A DNA stretch of 64,000 nucleotides from Leucoraja ocellata (taxonomy: Eukaryota), in assembly GCA_036785375.1 (NCBI GenBank), contig JAWMAR010000710.1:248001-312000 (forward strand), given 5' to 3'. The translations under genes and the position numbers were made by a program. Shown one piece after another: positions 25,336-38,654 of the stretch. Below the pieces are notes generated by a model. It was not told where the DNA came from. It was given only the letters and a program-made list of their open reading frames with translations, and ran no database searches. Positions within the stretch are counted from its first letter, which is position 1, and the number at the start of each line of letters is the position of its first letter.

Positions 25336-25738
25336 TGTGTCTGTTGCCAGTGCTGTGGCTTGTTGGTCACTGTTTAAATAAGGACATTTCTTTTTGTAGC
25401 AAGGGAAGATTGTAATCTAAGTTGTATTGTATTGCATTTATTTTTGTACGGTTTATTAGAATAATAATAATAATACTATACAATATATTATTTCTATTGA
25501 AGTCATTATATGGCTACTAATGATATTATAATTATTTCTATTGTTGTCATTATAAGGCTACAAATTATATTATAATTATTGTATCAGATATTTATAAGTT
25601 AATCTTATGAGTTAGTCTTTTGGTTCCTACTGTTGTATTGGGGAATTAATTTGTGGAGCGTATAAAAGTCCCCTGGTGGACATGTTGAGTTACCTGCTAC
25701 TGCGATTGTCTGTGATCAAAGAAAAGTGAAGAAACTAA

Positions 25739-26422
25739 AGGGCCTGTCGCACTTACGTGTCCTTGGCACGCAAATTACGCGACCTCATGGTCACGTTGAG
25801 CCGTGACAGTCCCACGAGCGTCGCGCACGATTTAATGCATACACACTACTGTCTGGAGTGCGTGACGTCATTTGAAGATGGACACAAAGTAACTCTGTGG
25901 GAATGGCAGCAACTCTGGAGAGAAGGAATGGGTGACGTTTCATGTCGAGGCTCTTCTTCAATCTGAAAAGAAGGCTCTTGACCCGAAACGTCACCCATTG
26001 CTTCTCTCCAGAGATGCTGCCGGTCCCGCTGAGTTACTCCTGCATTTTGTGTCTACCTTCAATTTTCTTGGCCCCGCTCTGGGAGTAGAAGTGGGGGCGG
26101 AACCGGACTGCAACGTCCGTGAGCCCCAGGGCGAGCTCGGCGATCGTTTGCCTGCTTCTGCTGCTGTTACCGGTGAGAAATTGCATTGCGCCAGCGTCTT
26201 GGGCCGGTCCCACTTTGGTCGTCAGTTATGCGACAGGCCGTTGGTGCGCAAAGATTTTGCTCGCTACAGAAATTTCGGGGCCCCGCGCGATGTCACGCAC
26301 AACTACATACCCCTCCTCTCAGTGGGACCGGCCCCACGTGGCCATAGGATGCCCGTGCGCCTCAACACGACCACGAGGTCGCGTAATTTGCGTGACAATG
26401 TTATGTAAGGGGGACAGGCCCT
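25739..26422. mobile_element. PIF/Harbinger MITE with TAA TSD, containing a palindromic Penelope-repeat segment (~25880-26055)
   Basis: TIR AGGGCCTGTC..ACTTAC plus ~65-bp imperfect inverted arms, TAA on both sides, empty site CTAACTGTAGCCC in the paralog near 62680. Confidence 0.85.
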
Positions 26423-26544
26423 TAACTGTAGCCCAATTATTACCAACAGCCCAGAGTGACTGGAGTATTAACATCAAAACATAGATTTACATGTGACTTT
26501 ACATACAGAGAAACACATTATTGATCCATGTCTCGCCCACTCAC

Positions 26545-26880
26545 CTTTGATCCCAAATATTTCATATTGTTTCAGGATTTGCTTCCTCGGTTGTGTTTTA
26601 GACAAAGTGAAGAATCCCGCCCATTTAAATGCGTTGTTTTTTATTGTCAGATTACAAGTACTGGCATCCACATCCACCTGGTTCTTGTGTCTCTCTCTCC
26701 AGCCATCACCCCACTGGATGGTCCAATGCTTGTCCGCTCTGCTGCCAGTTAACACTGTCTGGATTCCATGCCCTGAGTGTGGTTTCCATTCCCAAACAAC
26801 AACGTCACTGCCAGGATTGTCCGGTCCTTTTAACGTAATGTTGCCTCCATTATCCAAGAAATAAACCAGATTTCTGATTT
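26545..26880 (-). CDS. IgSF gene copy 1, D1 exon: atypical V-like domain lacking the canonical B/F cysteines
   Basis: 336-nt open exon, acceptor ttccaacag| and donor AAAG|gtgagt, phase 1/1. Encodes GNITLKGPD..VVWEWKP..NLTIK..WAGFFT. Paralogous to D5. Confidence 0.85.
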
Positions 26881-28374
26881 CTGTTGGAAAGAGGAGCAAT
26901 GAAGGAATTTAGGGGGGGGGGGGGGAGTGTTGGGGGGAGGGAGGTTGTGGTGGGGGGGGTTACCGGGGACGGTCCAGTGACGGTTATGCAGCGCTTGCGG
27001 TTTGGCAGTGCTTGTGGTTGCGGGTCACGGGTCCGATCCTGACTGCAAACGAGACGCGGTTCTCCGGATGAGAGACGGTCCAGTCTCCCCCCCCCCCCCC
27101 CGGCCTGGTCTCCCCCTCGCCCAGTCTTTATTATTCTGAAATAAAGTTTATTTTTGAATATTAAAAAATGTGAGGTTTGAAGGGTGCAAGGATTCTGCAT
27201 TTCCCCATATCACATTCAGGACCTGATGCAAAATTCAGAGAAATGGTCAAGGCTGCATGAAGAGCTGTCTTGCCATTTAACCACAATGATTCGTCTATTC
27301 TGAGCTCTGGGCTGTTTCTCTTCCTGATTTTTTTATCTCAACTAAATTTCACAATGTGTAAATAAATGTCACAATTGGGAAGGACAAATAAAACATCAAA
27401 CCATCCCAAAACCTATTGAAACATACAAAAGAGAACCAGGGGTTCTCCCGCCCGGTCTCCCCCCCCACCCATCCACCCCCCCCCCCCGGTCTCTCCCCCA
27501 CCCCGATCTCTCGAGGGGCGCTGAGCTGATTTGTGTAAACAGGGCTTTATTTCCTCTGTGGTTTCGATAGTACTATAGTAAGGTAATTCCGTTTTAAAAC
27601 TATTAATTTGTTGCATTTATTTTTCCTTTGTAAAAAGCTGCGATATTTTTCTCGTTTTTATTGGTTCAAGCCTCCATGAGCGAGATCGCCAAGATAAATG
27701 ATATGCATTTTTTTCTTTCTTGAGGGTGGGGGGGGAGTGAAATTAAATGTTTGATTTCTATAACTTTCAATAGACTTTAAGGAGTTCTTTGGACTGATTT
27801 AAATTGCTGTAGCTACAGCAAGAGCTACAAGTACAGCTTTTCGTCCCATATTTTTTAACCCCCTCTCTGCTAAGAAAATCTTCAAAGCTTCGACTTTCCA
27901 TGACATAAAATCTTCCAGCTTCATATCTTGGAACTTTGAATCAACCATGACAAAAGACAAAAAATCGGACCAAAAGTATACTCATTGTATCTATAACGCT
28001 GAGATCTATTTACTGTTATAGCTTACTACCTTTGACAAATCCCATGATTCCTTGCGTTATTCAGAATACAGAACTCACTTATTGTTTGAGGCAGCACGAC
28101 GGAACTGTGCAGGAGCGTGAAGTGAAGATATTGCGGGTGATTCTTGGGCAGCGACCTGTGCAACAAGCTCACAGGTGGGAATATCTCCCTGAGGGGAGGC
28201 AGTTCATGCGAGGGGCTCAGGAATGGAGCTCCAAAAAGGATGGCATGGATTTGTGAGCAGCAGCACATTCAGGGATGTGGAGAGGAAAGTGAGATTGACA
28301 AAAGGGTGCGGGTTTACACGGAAAATGATAAAGTACAGCAAGGTGATTGTGACCGGTGAAGTGAAAGTACTTAC

Positions 28375-28462
28375 TCTGTGTGGAAACAGATCGAAGCAGG
28401 AAAACAAAGACACCGAACATCAAACCATCAGGAAAACCGTTGCAGAGAAACTTCGGCCTCAT
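28375..28462 (-). CDS. IgSF gene copy 1, leader (signal peptide) exon: MRPKFLCNGFPDGLMFGVFVFLLRSVSTQ
   Basis: ATG at 28462, hydrophobic core FGVFVFLL, phase-1 donor CAGA|gtaagt at 28374, upstream acceptor tttctcacag| at 28475. The donor is conserved in the paralog near 63975. Confidence 0.75.
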
Positions 28463-30559
28463 TTCGCGGATTCCCTGTGAGAAATAACGTGCAGTTTTAG
28501 ACTGAGCTTATCTGAGACACATATCTTCAGCACATTTGGGCTACAAGTTAATCGGACACTGAAGGTGGTAGCACAAGTAGATACGGTAGAAAAGAATGTG
28601 TATGGTATCCTTGCCTTCAATGCTAAGGCCATTGAACATCAGAGTCAGGAGGTCATGATGCAGCTCTATAGGACTGGTAAAGGAAAAAGCAGTTGAACAT
28701 TTCTCATTTTTAATGTTTCCATTAAATGTGGACACTTTCATGCCATCCTGAATTATCCTTCAACTGACCCAATTGTGAGCCACTTCACAGTCACCCACGT
28801 TATTGTGCCCCGTGGTCATGTACAGCACACACTGTATAAGGATCGCAGGTTGTCTCTCCTTGAGGACGCTGGTGATACAGAGACAGGAATCTGTTTACTT
28901 GTTTCTATAGATAAATCTTCAAATGCATTATTTTTGTTCTGGTGCTGCCCACTGTGGGTCAAAGTCTAGATTATGAGGACAGGAACATTGCCCCATGTCC
29001 CATACACTGTTACTGTGCTGAGGAATAAAACAACGATATGACAAAGAGAGGTCCATCTAGGAATGAGGCTGATTGACCCATTCCAGACTGCAGTATAACG
29101 TGCTGAGGGACGCACTGAAGCTCTGTACAAACAACTTATAGACTCTGTTAGGGAGGATCACTGTCTTGGGTCCTTCCCCTGCTGGTCATTGAGAACTGGT
29201 GGGTCACCCATACAAGGGAAGAGATATCACCCCAGGAGTGGCAAATAACAGTCAATGGCATATTGTGTAAATATGGGTGCAAACACTACTGAGTGTGACA
29301 CTATTGAATGTATAGACACCAAGAGTGTGTTAGTTTTGTATAGAAATGTGGAACTGCAGATGCTGGTTTACCAAAGAAATACATAAAATACTGGAGTAAC
29401 TCAGTGTCAGGCAGCACTCCTGGAGGACAAGGATAGTTTCAAGTCGGGACCCTTCAGACTAGTTTCGTATATATGTTTTATTCTGAAATAAAGTTTATTT
29501 TTGAATATAAAAAAATGTGAGGTTTTAAGGGTGCAAGGATTCTGCATTTCCCCATATCCCATTTAGGACCTGATGCAAAATTCAGAGCAATGGTTAGGCT
29601 GCATGAAGAGCTGCCTTGCAATTTAACCACAATGATTCGTCTATTCTAACCTCTGGGCTGTTTCGCTTCCTGTTTTTTATCTCGACTAAATTGCACAATA
29701 AACATCAGAAGTGTGAAGGACAAAGAAAACATCAAACCATCCCCAAACGTATTGAAACAAGCAAAAGAGAATCAGGGGTGGATTATTTGTCACTTTGAGC
29801 CTGTTTAATCATTCAAAACAATATCATATTCCAATTCTCTCTCGATAAATTTTGATGCATTTTATGTCAAATAAATCTATCCCCTACTTAACAAGATTCA
29901 GTGACCTGCCATCCACCATTTTCTGTGGGGTGAATTTAAATGGCTCGGCATTTTCACAATGAAGACATTTCTCAGCCCTAAATGTCTCACCTTATCTTGA
30001 GTCCAAAACCCCTTGTTCCAGATCCTACAGTCACTGGAAATATCCTTACGTATCGAGTCTGTCTAGCTCTGTCTAGCTCTGCTTTGAATTTTGTTTAGTT
30101 TAGAGAGGTCCTGTTAAGTCTTCCAAACTCCAGTAACTACTGGCTCAGTTAGCTCATCCTCTCCTTACACATTAGTCCTGCCATTCCAGGAATCAGTCTA
30201 GTCAGCCTTGGCTGTATTCCTTTTGTGGTTGAAAAACCCTTTCTCTGGTAAGGAGAGCACAAAGACATGTCTGGAGAGACATGGGCCAGGTGCAGCCAAT
30301 TGTGATGGGGTCAGTTGGACATGTAGGTTAGCATGTGTGTGTTGGGTCAATGTGTCTATTTCCATGCTGTACAGCTCTATGACTCTCTGCTGCAATATCT
30401 GTGTATATTTGACAAGTAACTCGACTGGCTGAGATCGTCTGGAAACCTCTTTGCATCCTCTTTGCTTCTATTTATTCTCAGTTTCATGTCATCAAACTTA
30501 GAAACATTAAGTTTGTTTCCTTGTCAATACCATTGATGAACATTGAAAATAATGGACTC

Positions 30560-33500
30560 GACTTCCGGTGGCTGCTATGAAGCAGTGAAGGCAGCTGCAC
30601 TGAGCTCTCCTCCAGACAAATCGTGTTTAAAGTCGACTCCCATGCCAGGATCGAGTTAAAAATTCTTATCAGGTTTGCTGAACGTCGAGGGTACTGACTC
30701 CATCAAACAGTACTGGTGGATTTGGGATTTTAAACGATCTTATCGTAAAAACTGGATGAGAAAGAGAAGAGGTCAGAGAGGACCCAAGAAGACTACAATC
30801 AGTTTCCAGCTCCAAAAAGCTCTGGATGAGCTTGAAACCACCCCTGAACCCACGTTTGAAAGTTTGGAAGAGGAGCTGGAACCTCAACAACCTACAAGCG
30901 ATATGGCTGCGAGAAGTGATACAAAGGAGAAAGAAATTAAAAGCTGGGAAGAAATGGTAAGAGCTAATATTCTTAAAGACATTACTAAAGATCTTCAGAA
31001 GCAATTTGCCAAAATGAATTCTACAATTCAGAACAACTTCTCCACTATGGAGGGCAATCTTTCTAAGAAAATAGCTGCGGCGAAGTAAAATAGCTTTATG
31101 TAGCCCTGAACCAGCAGTTTAAAGATTTGGAGTCCAGGACTGCGAAGGAATTGGAAAGTATGCAGAGAGATTATAACAATAAACATGACACCCTGTTGAA
31201 GCAATTAACAGACACGGAAAAATTGATGGAAGAGATGGAGGGTGAAATGGAACAGATGAGCCAAGAAATAACAGGTCTGAAAAAACAACACGATATGAAT
31301 TGGGAGCTAACGAATAAATTGAATGAGAAATGTCAAGATTTAGAGGCCAGGTCAAGGAGGCAAAATCTGTGAATAGTAGGAGTTAAAGAGGGTGCTGAAC
31401 ACGGCCTTCAAATGCGTGATTTTATTACTAATCTACTTAAAGATGTTTTCAAACTTCCAGAAAAACCAAAGATAGATCTGGCTCATCGAGTGGGTCGCTT
31501 CCAAAAACATGATAATGCTACACCAAGGCAAATTATTGTAAAGTTCCTAGATATTTCAACTGTGGAAACTCTATTAAAGAAGATAACCTGTGGAGAAAAT
31601 CTTACATTCGCTGATAATATCGTAAGATTCTACAGGGATTATCCTCGGGAAATTCTGACAAAAAGATGCGAGTTTAAAAGGGCAAGCAGTATTTTATATG
31701 GACATTCTGAAGTTCATTATGGCATGATCTATCCAGCGAAAATGCTAATTACGTTTAAGGGCAAGCAACACTCATTCACGGAACCGGACTCTACTTGCAA
31801 ATACGCCCAGGAGATTTTAAACAAAATTCAAGGAGGAACAGATTAATAGCCATTTTATCTGTGGAACTTTGTTTTTTCTGTTTCAATTAAGACACTAGAA
31901 CGCTTCAGACGGTTACCAGACAGGCTTATCTGACAAGAATGTGTTGTTCAATAACATAGGCCAAATTAAACTGCCGAACTGAAAGCACATATGAAAGCTC
32001 AAGGTCGCAAGCTCGACACCAGACCCTTCAGCACCGAGAACTATGAGACCGTCTCCTTTTGAAATGGCCATGATATGAGGCATCTGTTCCACACTATATG
32101 TCATATTATTTACACATATAACTAACTAATTAACCAATTACGCGCAATAAACTCATCCAACGTTAAAGGCTTAATGTCCTATACTAACACGACTAACTAT
32201 ATAGCAGGAAGGATGGGGGAGGTTAGACATATATTTTAAATACTAAATACTAATTATGAATTAACTAACATACAGGTAAATGAAAAGCGTAATTATTGAC
32301 GAGGTACTTTAACCCATAATTACTTTTATTTTAATCCAAATCTTCTATCCTCCCTTTTATTTTATTCTATTTTAAACTGTTCAGCAATTAATTGATCTGA
32401 TATGATAATTTGGGTAACAATTAGAGGGAACCGACTAACATTGGGTCAAATTCTAATAGGGGGATAAGGCCCAGTGCATAATCTCATCGACAGAGGTCAA
32501 TTTAAAAACAAATCTAGCTACCTTAGGTGGCTTTTTTGTAATTTATCGCTTTTTTGATAAATTACATTCACTTTTTTTGTTTATTCACAATTATGTGTTT
32601 GTAAGACTTAATCATTTTTATGTACACTTTATTTTATGTTTTTCTCTTTCCCTTAATTATGTTTAATAGTGTCAGGAGATGTAAAACTACTGTAGAAATT
32701 ATGAAGGACAACTCTGGATTCGGGATTCCGAGGTACTTGGCTGCATCACATGAATCATACAGTCTGGTAATAATAGCCAATGCAAGATAATAGTTGAATA
32801 AATGTTGGAGGTCTCACCTTCTGTAGTTGGAACATCATAGGTGCGAATGAGCCAATTAAGAAGGGTAAAATTCTGGCAGAATTAAAATCATTAAATATTG
32901 ACATTGCTTTCCTACAAGAGACACACTTGAAACAACAAACTCAGATCAGATTAAGGGCAAATTGGATAGGTCAAACCTATTACTCCTCATTCACCTCTAA
33001 AGCAAGAGGCACGGCCATTATAATTCGGAAGGGTATACCTTTTAAATTAAAGAAATCCATATCTGATAAAGAGGGAAGATATGTTATAGTAACGGGAGAA
33101 ATTTACAATACACCATTAACTATAATAAATATTTACGCGCCTAATTTTGATAACCCACAATTTTTTAGGAAAATAATAGATTTAATCTCAGAGCATAATT
33201 TTCAAAATATAATAATGGGGGGAGATTTCAACTGTGTTATAGACCCATACTTAGATAAATCAATAAAGCTAGGGAAGCGTCTTGTTAAAACTAAGACCTG
33301 TGAATTTTTAAATACTTATATAAAAAATAATAACATAGCTGATGTTTGGAGAATAGCAAATCCAAGTGGTATGGAATACTCATTTTATTCATCAGTTCAC
33401 AAAACGTATTCGCAAATTGACTATTTCTTATTGGACACAAAATTAATCCCGTATACGAATAAACCATCATATCATAATAGTATTATTTCTGATCATTCAC

Positions 33501-35768
33501 CATTGACTTTTATACTTAAAATTGAGGGAATGCCGAGTATAAAACCTTTTTGAAGATTCAATGCACACATATTAAATAACCCGCAGTGTTATGGGTATAT
33601 AAAAGAACAAACAAAACTTTTTTTTGAAATAAATGACACGCCGGGTATTTCTGCACCGCTATTATGGGAAACTTTCAAGGCATATATTCGCGGTGTCATA
33701 ATCTCTTACCAAAGTTTTCAAAATAAGGAAAATAAAATAGAACTTCAGCGGATAGAACAGAAAATAAAATTACTAGAACTGGACAATGCAACTGACCCAA
33801 CCATAAATAAACATAATAAGATAACTTTATTGAAATATAAAGTCAATAGAATACTATCGGCTAGAGTAATAAGATTATTCCAAATTACAAAACAAGCACA
33901 CTTCGAATTTGGGGATAAGCCACATAAACTACTTGCGAGGCAACTGAAGCAACGAGAAAAGGAAAAAACTATTACTAAAATTAAATCGGATAAGGGTGAG
34001 TTTCTAACATTGCCTAAGGATATTAATAAGAGGTTTGCCCAATTTTATCATAATTTATATACATCTAAAATAAATACAGATGTAAGAAAAATTACAAATT
34101 TTTTAGATAATTGCAAGCTCCGAAAATTGGATAGTTTAGAACAAGAGCAATTAGGAGCACGGATTACTAGTGAAGAAATAAAACAAATAATAAACTCACT
34201 GAAAAATGGGAAGACCCCAGGACCAGACGGTTTTAGTAATGAATTTTATAAAAGATTTCAGGAGTCAATTGTACCAAGATTATTCAATTTATACATGCAG
34301 GCTTATACTGAAAATAAACTACCAGAAACCCTAGCAGAAGCAACAATAACGCTTATGCCAAAAAAAATAAAGATTTAGATGAATCGGGTTCTTATTGAGC
34401 TATTTCCCTTCTAAATACAGATCAGAAAATTTTAGCAAAGATTCTAGCTAGAAGGCTAAATAATTATATTAACAATTTAATAAATACGGATCAAACGGGA
34501 TTTATACCCAAAAGACAATCATTTAATAATTTGAGGAGGCTTTTCAATATAATGTACTCTCATAATGAGGACAATGAAGATGTTTCAGTTGTCACGCTGG
34601 ATGCAGAGAAGGCATTTGAGCAAGTAGAATGGCAGTATTTATACAATGTACTCCAAAAATTTAATATGGGAGAGAATTTTATTAGATGGGTTAAACTACT
34701 TTACGATAGACCTATGGCAAGAATATTAACTAACAATATGCTATCTCCAAAATTTTACTTATCAAGGGGTAATAGGCAAGGGTGTGCCCTATCACCATTG
34801 CTATTTGCCCTTATGATAGAACCGCTGGCCGAAAAGATTAGAAATCACCCGAATATTCACGGATATAACACTAAGGACTCAAAGAATACAATTTCATTAT
34901 ATGCTGATGATATCCTTTTATATATTACTAATACACAAACAAGTATACCCACCTTATTAACACTAATTGAGGAATTCGGCTTTTTCAGGATATAGAATAA
35001 ATTGGAATAAAAGCGAATTTATGTCTTTAAAACCACAGGATTCAAGACACTTACTAAAATTCCCCTTCAAAATTGCAACAGAAAAATTCAAGTATCTGGG
35101 TATTCAAATTACGAGAAGACACAAATCATTATTTAGTGCCAATTTTATACCACTATTAAATAAACTGAATGATACGATTAAAATTTGGAAAACGCTTCCG
35201 CTCTCATTATTAGGTAGAATTAACGCTATAAAAATGACTTTCTTACCACAATTAATATATTTGTTTCAAGCTATCTTAATATATATTCCAAAATATTTTT
35301 TCAAAAAACTAGATTCGACTATCACTAATTTTATATGGGACTACAGAACACATAGAATTCAACGAAAGCATTTGTGCAAATCTAAAGAAGTTGGGGGTTT
35401 ATCATTACCTAACTTTATGTATTATTACTGGGCAGTGCATATTAAGAACATAATGTACTGGCTGGATAGTTCCACTCGGCAGTTGGAGTGGATAAGAATG
35501 GAGAAAGAGGAGTGCTATCCGCACGATATAGGAACGATCCTGCTCTCACCGATAAAATTGAATAGTATAATATATAAGAAGAACCAAATTATTCACAATA
35601 TAATAAGAATTTGGAAACTAATAAAAATATCCTTGAAATTAAATAATTTATCCGTACTAACCCCACTATTGAACAACCCCGCATTCAAACCTTCTCTCAT
35701 CGACAACACATATCAACAATGGGATAGACTGGGGATTAGGAAAGTAGGGGATATGTATGAATTGGGCA
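30560..35768 (+). mobile_element. L1-clade LINE: 5' UTR, ORF1 (~30900-31846) and ORF2 (~32780-35768), disrupted and 3'-truncated
   Basis: 5' end GACTTCCGG; ORF1 coiled coil, LEARSRRQN, AHR..PRQIIVKF, YPAK; ORF2 SWNI, LQETH, NIYAPN, GGDFN, SDH, PGPDG, LDAEKAF, RQGCALSP, YADD. Confidence 0.93.
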
Positions 35769-38654
35769 TCCTAAAGACGTCTCCTCTCTGTTTCCTGTCT
35801 GCCAAATACATTTCAATTCAAACCCGTTGCCTAATCCACATATTTTAACATTCAAAGACCTTCCGAAAATTCAACACATCCACTTGTTCTCCCTGAAACA
35901 AACAAAAACTATTTGCTGGGCGGATTCGGTGGGTCAGGCAGCGTTCATCGAGGAAAATGTGCAGGTGACCCTGTATCGTGGCCCTTCTTTATTTGCGAAT
36001 GATCATCTGTCCATTTACTTCCACAGATGATTCCTGATCCACAAATTCCCTCCAGCAGTTTGCTCTTTGCTCGTGTTTCCAACATCTGCAAACTCTTTGG
36101 TCACCACATCTTCTCCCTTATCTATTCTACATGGTACATCACAATGATCTCCAATAGATTAGTTTACCATGATTTCGCTTACATAAATTCAAAAAGACAT
36201 TGTCTTATCGCATAAATTATTGTTAAATATCCAAACATTGTTTTGGAACCCGGAAACACCAAACCAGGTTGGAAATTGAAATATTTTCATCCAGCAGGTA
36301 TCAAACAGGAAATGTAATATGTCGAAAAGAATAAAGAGCAATCATTTAGTTGAAACACGGCTAAGTTAATTTTTAATCAGTAGGAAGTAGCAAAAATATG
36401 AAAACAACACAATTTTTGGTTAACACCAACAATGCAAATGGAGAAGACATTTAAAAATAAAATTTGAAGAAGTACATCAATTTTGAAAACTACATTTTCA
36501 ATCATTTAATCCTGTCCAATTAAACCACTTTAAAGCAATGAAGAATAATGTCTGAAGTTTACTGACCTTCTGCAGGTGGACTTGTGCAGAATTCCAGAGA
36601 AGCAGCAACGTGGCTTTGAGCCCAGCACACGACAAGCTGAGGTTCCCTCACTCTGCATAGTAACTGACGCTGCCTCTTGTCAAACTAAATGGCACTCCCC
36701 CTCCAGCTCAGGTTTCCTGCACCACTGAGGATTGGGGACACTGTGTGGGAGCACCTTCAACAAAAGGATTGTAGAACATCAAGAAGGCAACTCACCATCA
36801 CCTTTTCCAAGGCAGTTAGCGATGGATAATAATATATATCTGCCACAATTTATCCCAATCACCGACAATGACACTTGAGCTGCTCTGTCTGTTAGTTACT
36901 ATCCTTATAATAAATGCATCCTCAGCACACATGCCCCATGATCTGTTCTCAAAGTATTTTTAAAAACGACATAAATAAAATTATATGGAATTACTTTTTC
37001 TGAAAATATAAAGGGGAAATAGAGAACTTGTTTCTGAAGATAGCATCAGCTTAAAAGAGGAAGGATCTGTGTTAAGCCCTGTTTACACTTATAACCATAT
37101 AACCATATAACAATTACAGCACGGAAACAGGCCATCTCGGCCCTACAAGTCCGTGCCGAACAACTATCTGCAAAACTCTGCTGCAAAACTCAGCAAGTCC
37201 CCCACAGATACATTTGAACAAGATAAGACAGGGGGTAATCCCAGTGTTTAAAATGTGAGTTTGACGGACAGCGTGGGTTGGAGGGGGTGATGAGATGAAT
37301 TACGAAGAGAAAGATTCAGGAGCTGGGGGAAAAATATCAAAACAGAGGGTGAAGCAGCAATAAAAATGAATTGTATTTCTCTGCAGAATTCACACGATAT
37401 GGGGGAAATGAGGTGATAACCCGGATTAATTAGATTTATTGTCACGATTAGGACGACACTAACTCCTGAGCAGATGATGAGCTGCACTTGTGATTCCCTC
37501 CACCAATTTTGCTTATAAATGAATGTTTTTGGATGTGGGCCTCAGTGCTCAGGCTTCCATTTTTAACCCATGAGGATGGGTACATCCTTATTTCACCACT
37601 GAGGTGTTTAGTAAATGATGTAAATGACAGGAGTAGGCCCCACAAATAACGAAGGACCAGCAATGTATTTCCAAGTTATGATGGTGATTAACTGGGTCAA
37701 CTTGTGCCACCCCGCTAATTTGACCAAGCAATTCTGGGCATGGATTGTGCTTGCATATTGTAGATATATTTTCTAGCACCAATGCAGTCATCAATGTAAT
37801 GGGGATAGAGTCCGGGGATAGGGCCAGTGTACACCTGGAACCCAATGTATCTCTCGTGTCTATATCTCTCAGCTGTGGAGATCTTGGTCCTACTCTGTGA
37901 GCTTAGGCTTGGAGAACACCAAATGACATAGGGAAAAATTTGTGATTGTGAAAATGTTTGCTGGAGGTTCTACATTGAGTGAAATTGAGAACTCAGGAGA
38001 AAATTGCTCTCAATATTGAACTTATTGTGAAAAAATGTAGTAGCTTGATGATCACATGCAGCTCATTGGTGACCTCCTAAGTCCAACCTCCACCACGATC
38101 TGATGCAATTGAATATAGGTTTGAACTATCGGACCAGCTACAGCATGAACAGGCAAGAATGTTGACCGTTCACTTTATTACAAAACAACAGATTCTGTGA
38201 TTGGCTATTATCATAGACATTTCAAGCCTCACACAGTCATTCACTTGAACATGTGTTACAAGAACCAATTCTAACTTTAGTTGTGAATAGCATTCATTAT
38301 AATTGTCTTTCCCCAGGCTGGTTAGCACTCAGCGAAAGCTTTTTTCTTTACCTCAGATACGTGCCACTGAACTAAACTGAATTGAACTGGAAGGGACAGG
38401 ATTTATTCCCAGAGGTTGTGAAGTTCTTGGTGCAAACTGTACGGTTTGATTTGGAGAAAACTGAAAGTTGCAGAAGAAAATGGATGGAAATGAGAATGGT
38501 GGCTGGCGGGTTTACCTTGTGTGAAACGCAGGAGATAATTACACTCAATGTTGGAATAACTGAGAAAATACAGCATTTTTATTATCACATCTGCTCGTTT
38601 GTGTTCTCCCCAATCCAAAACTTACATTGTTGTAAACTGCCAAACCATCCAAAT

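Noticed and set aside
15299-26880. Rearranging Ig/TCR V segments
   Set aside because: V-like exons end in GT splice donors rather than heptamer-spacer-nonamer signals. The CACAGTG inside D3/D7 is coding sequence (DHSE).
5381-28462. Assigning the symbol CD4, LAG3 or G6F
   Set aside because: No cytoplasmic CxC, ITAM or inhibitory motif and no syntenic neighbours are visible, and the domain count differs. Orthology cannot be established from this window.
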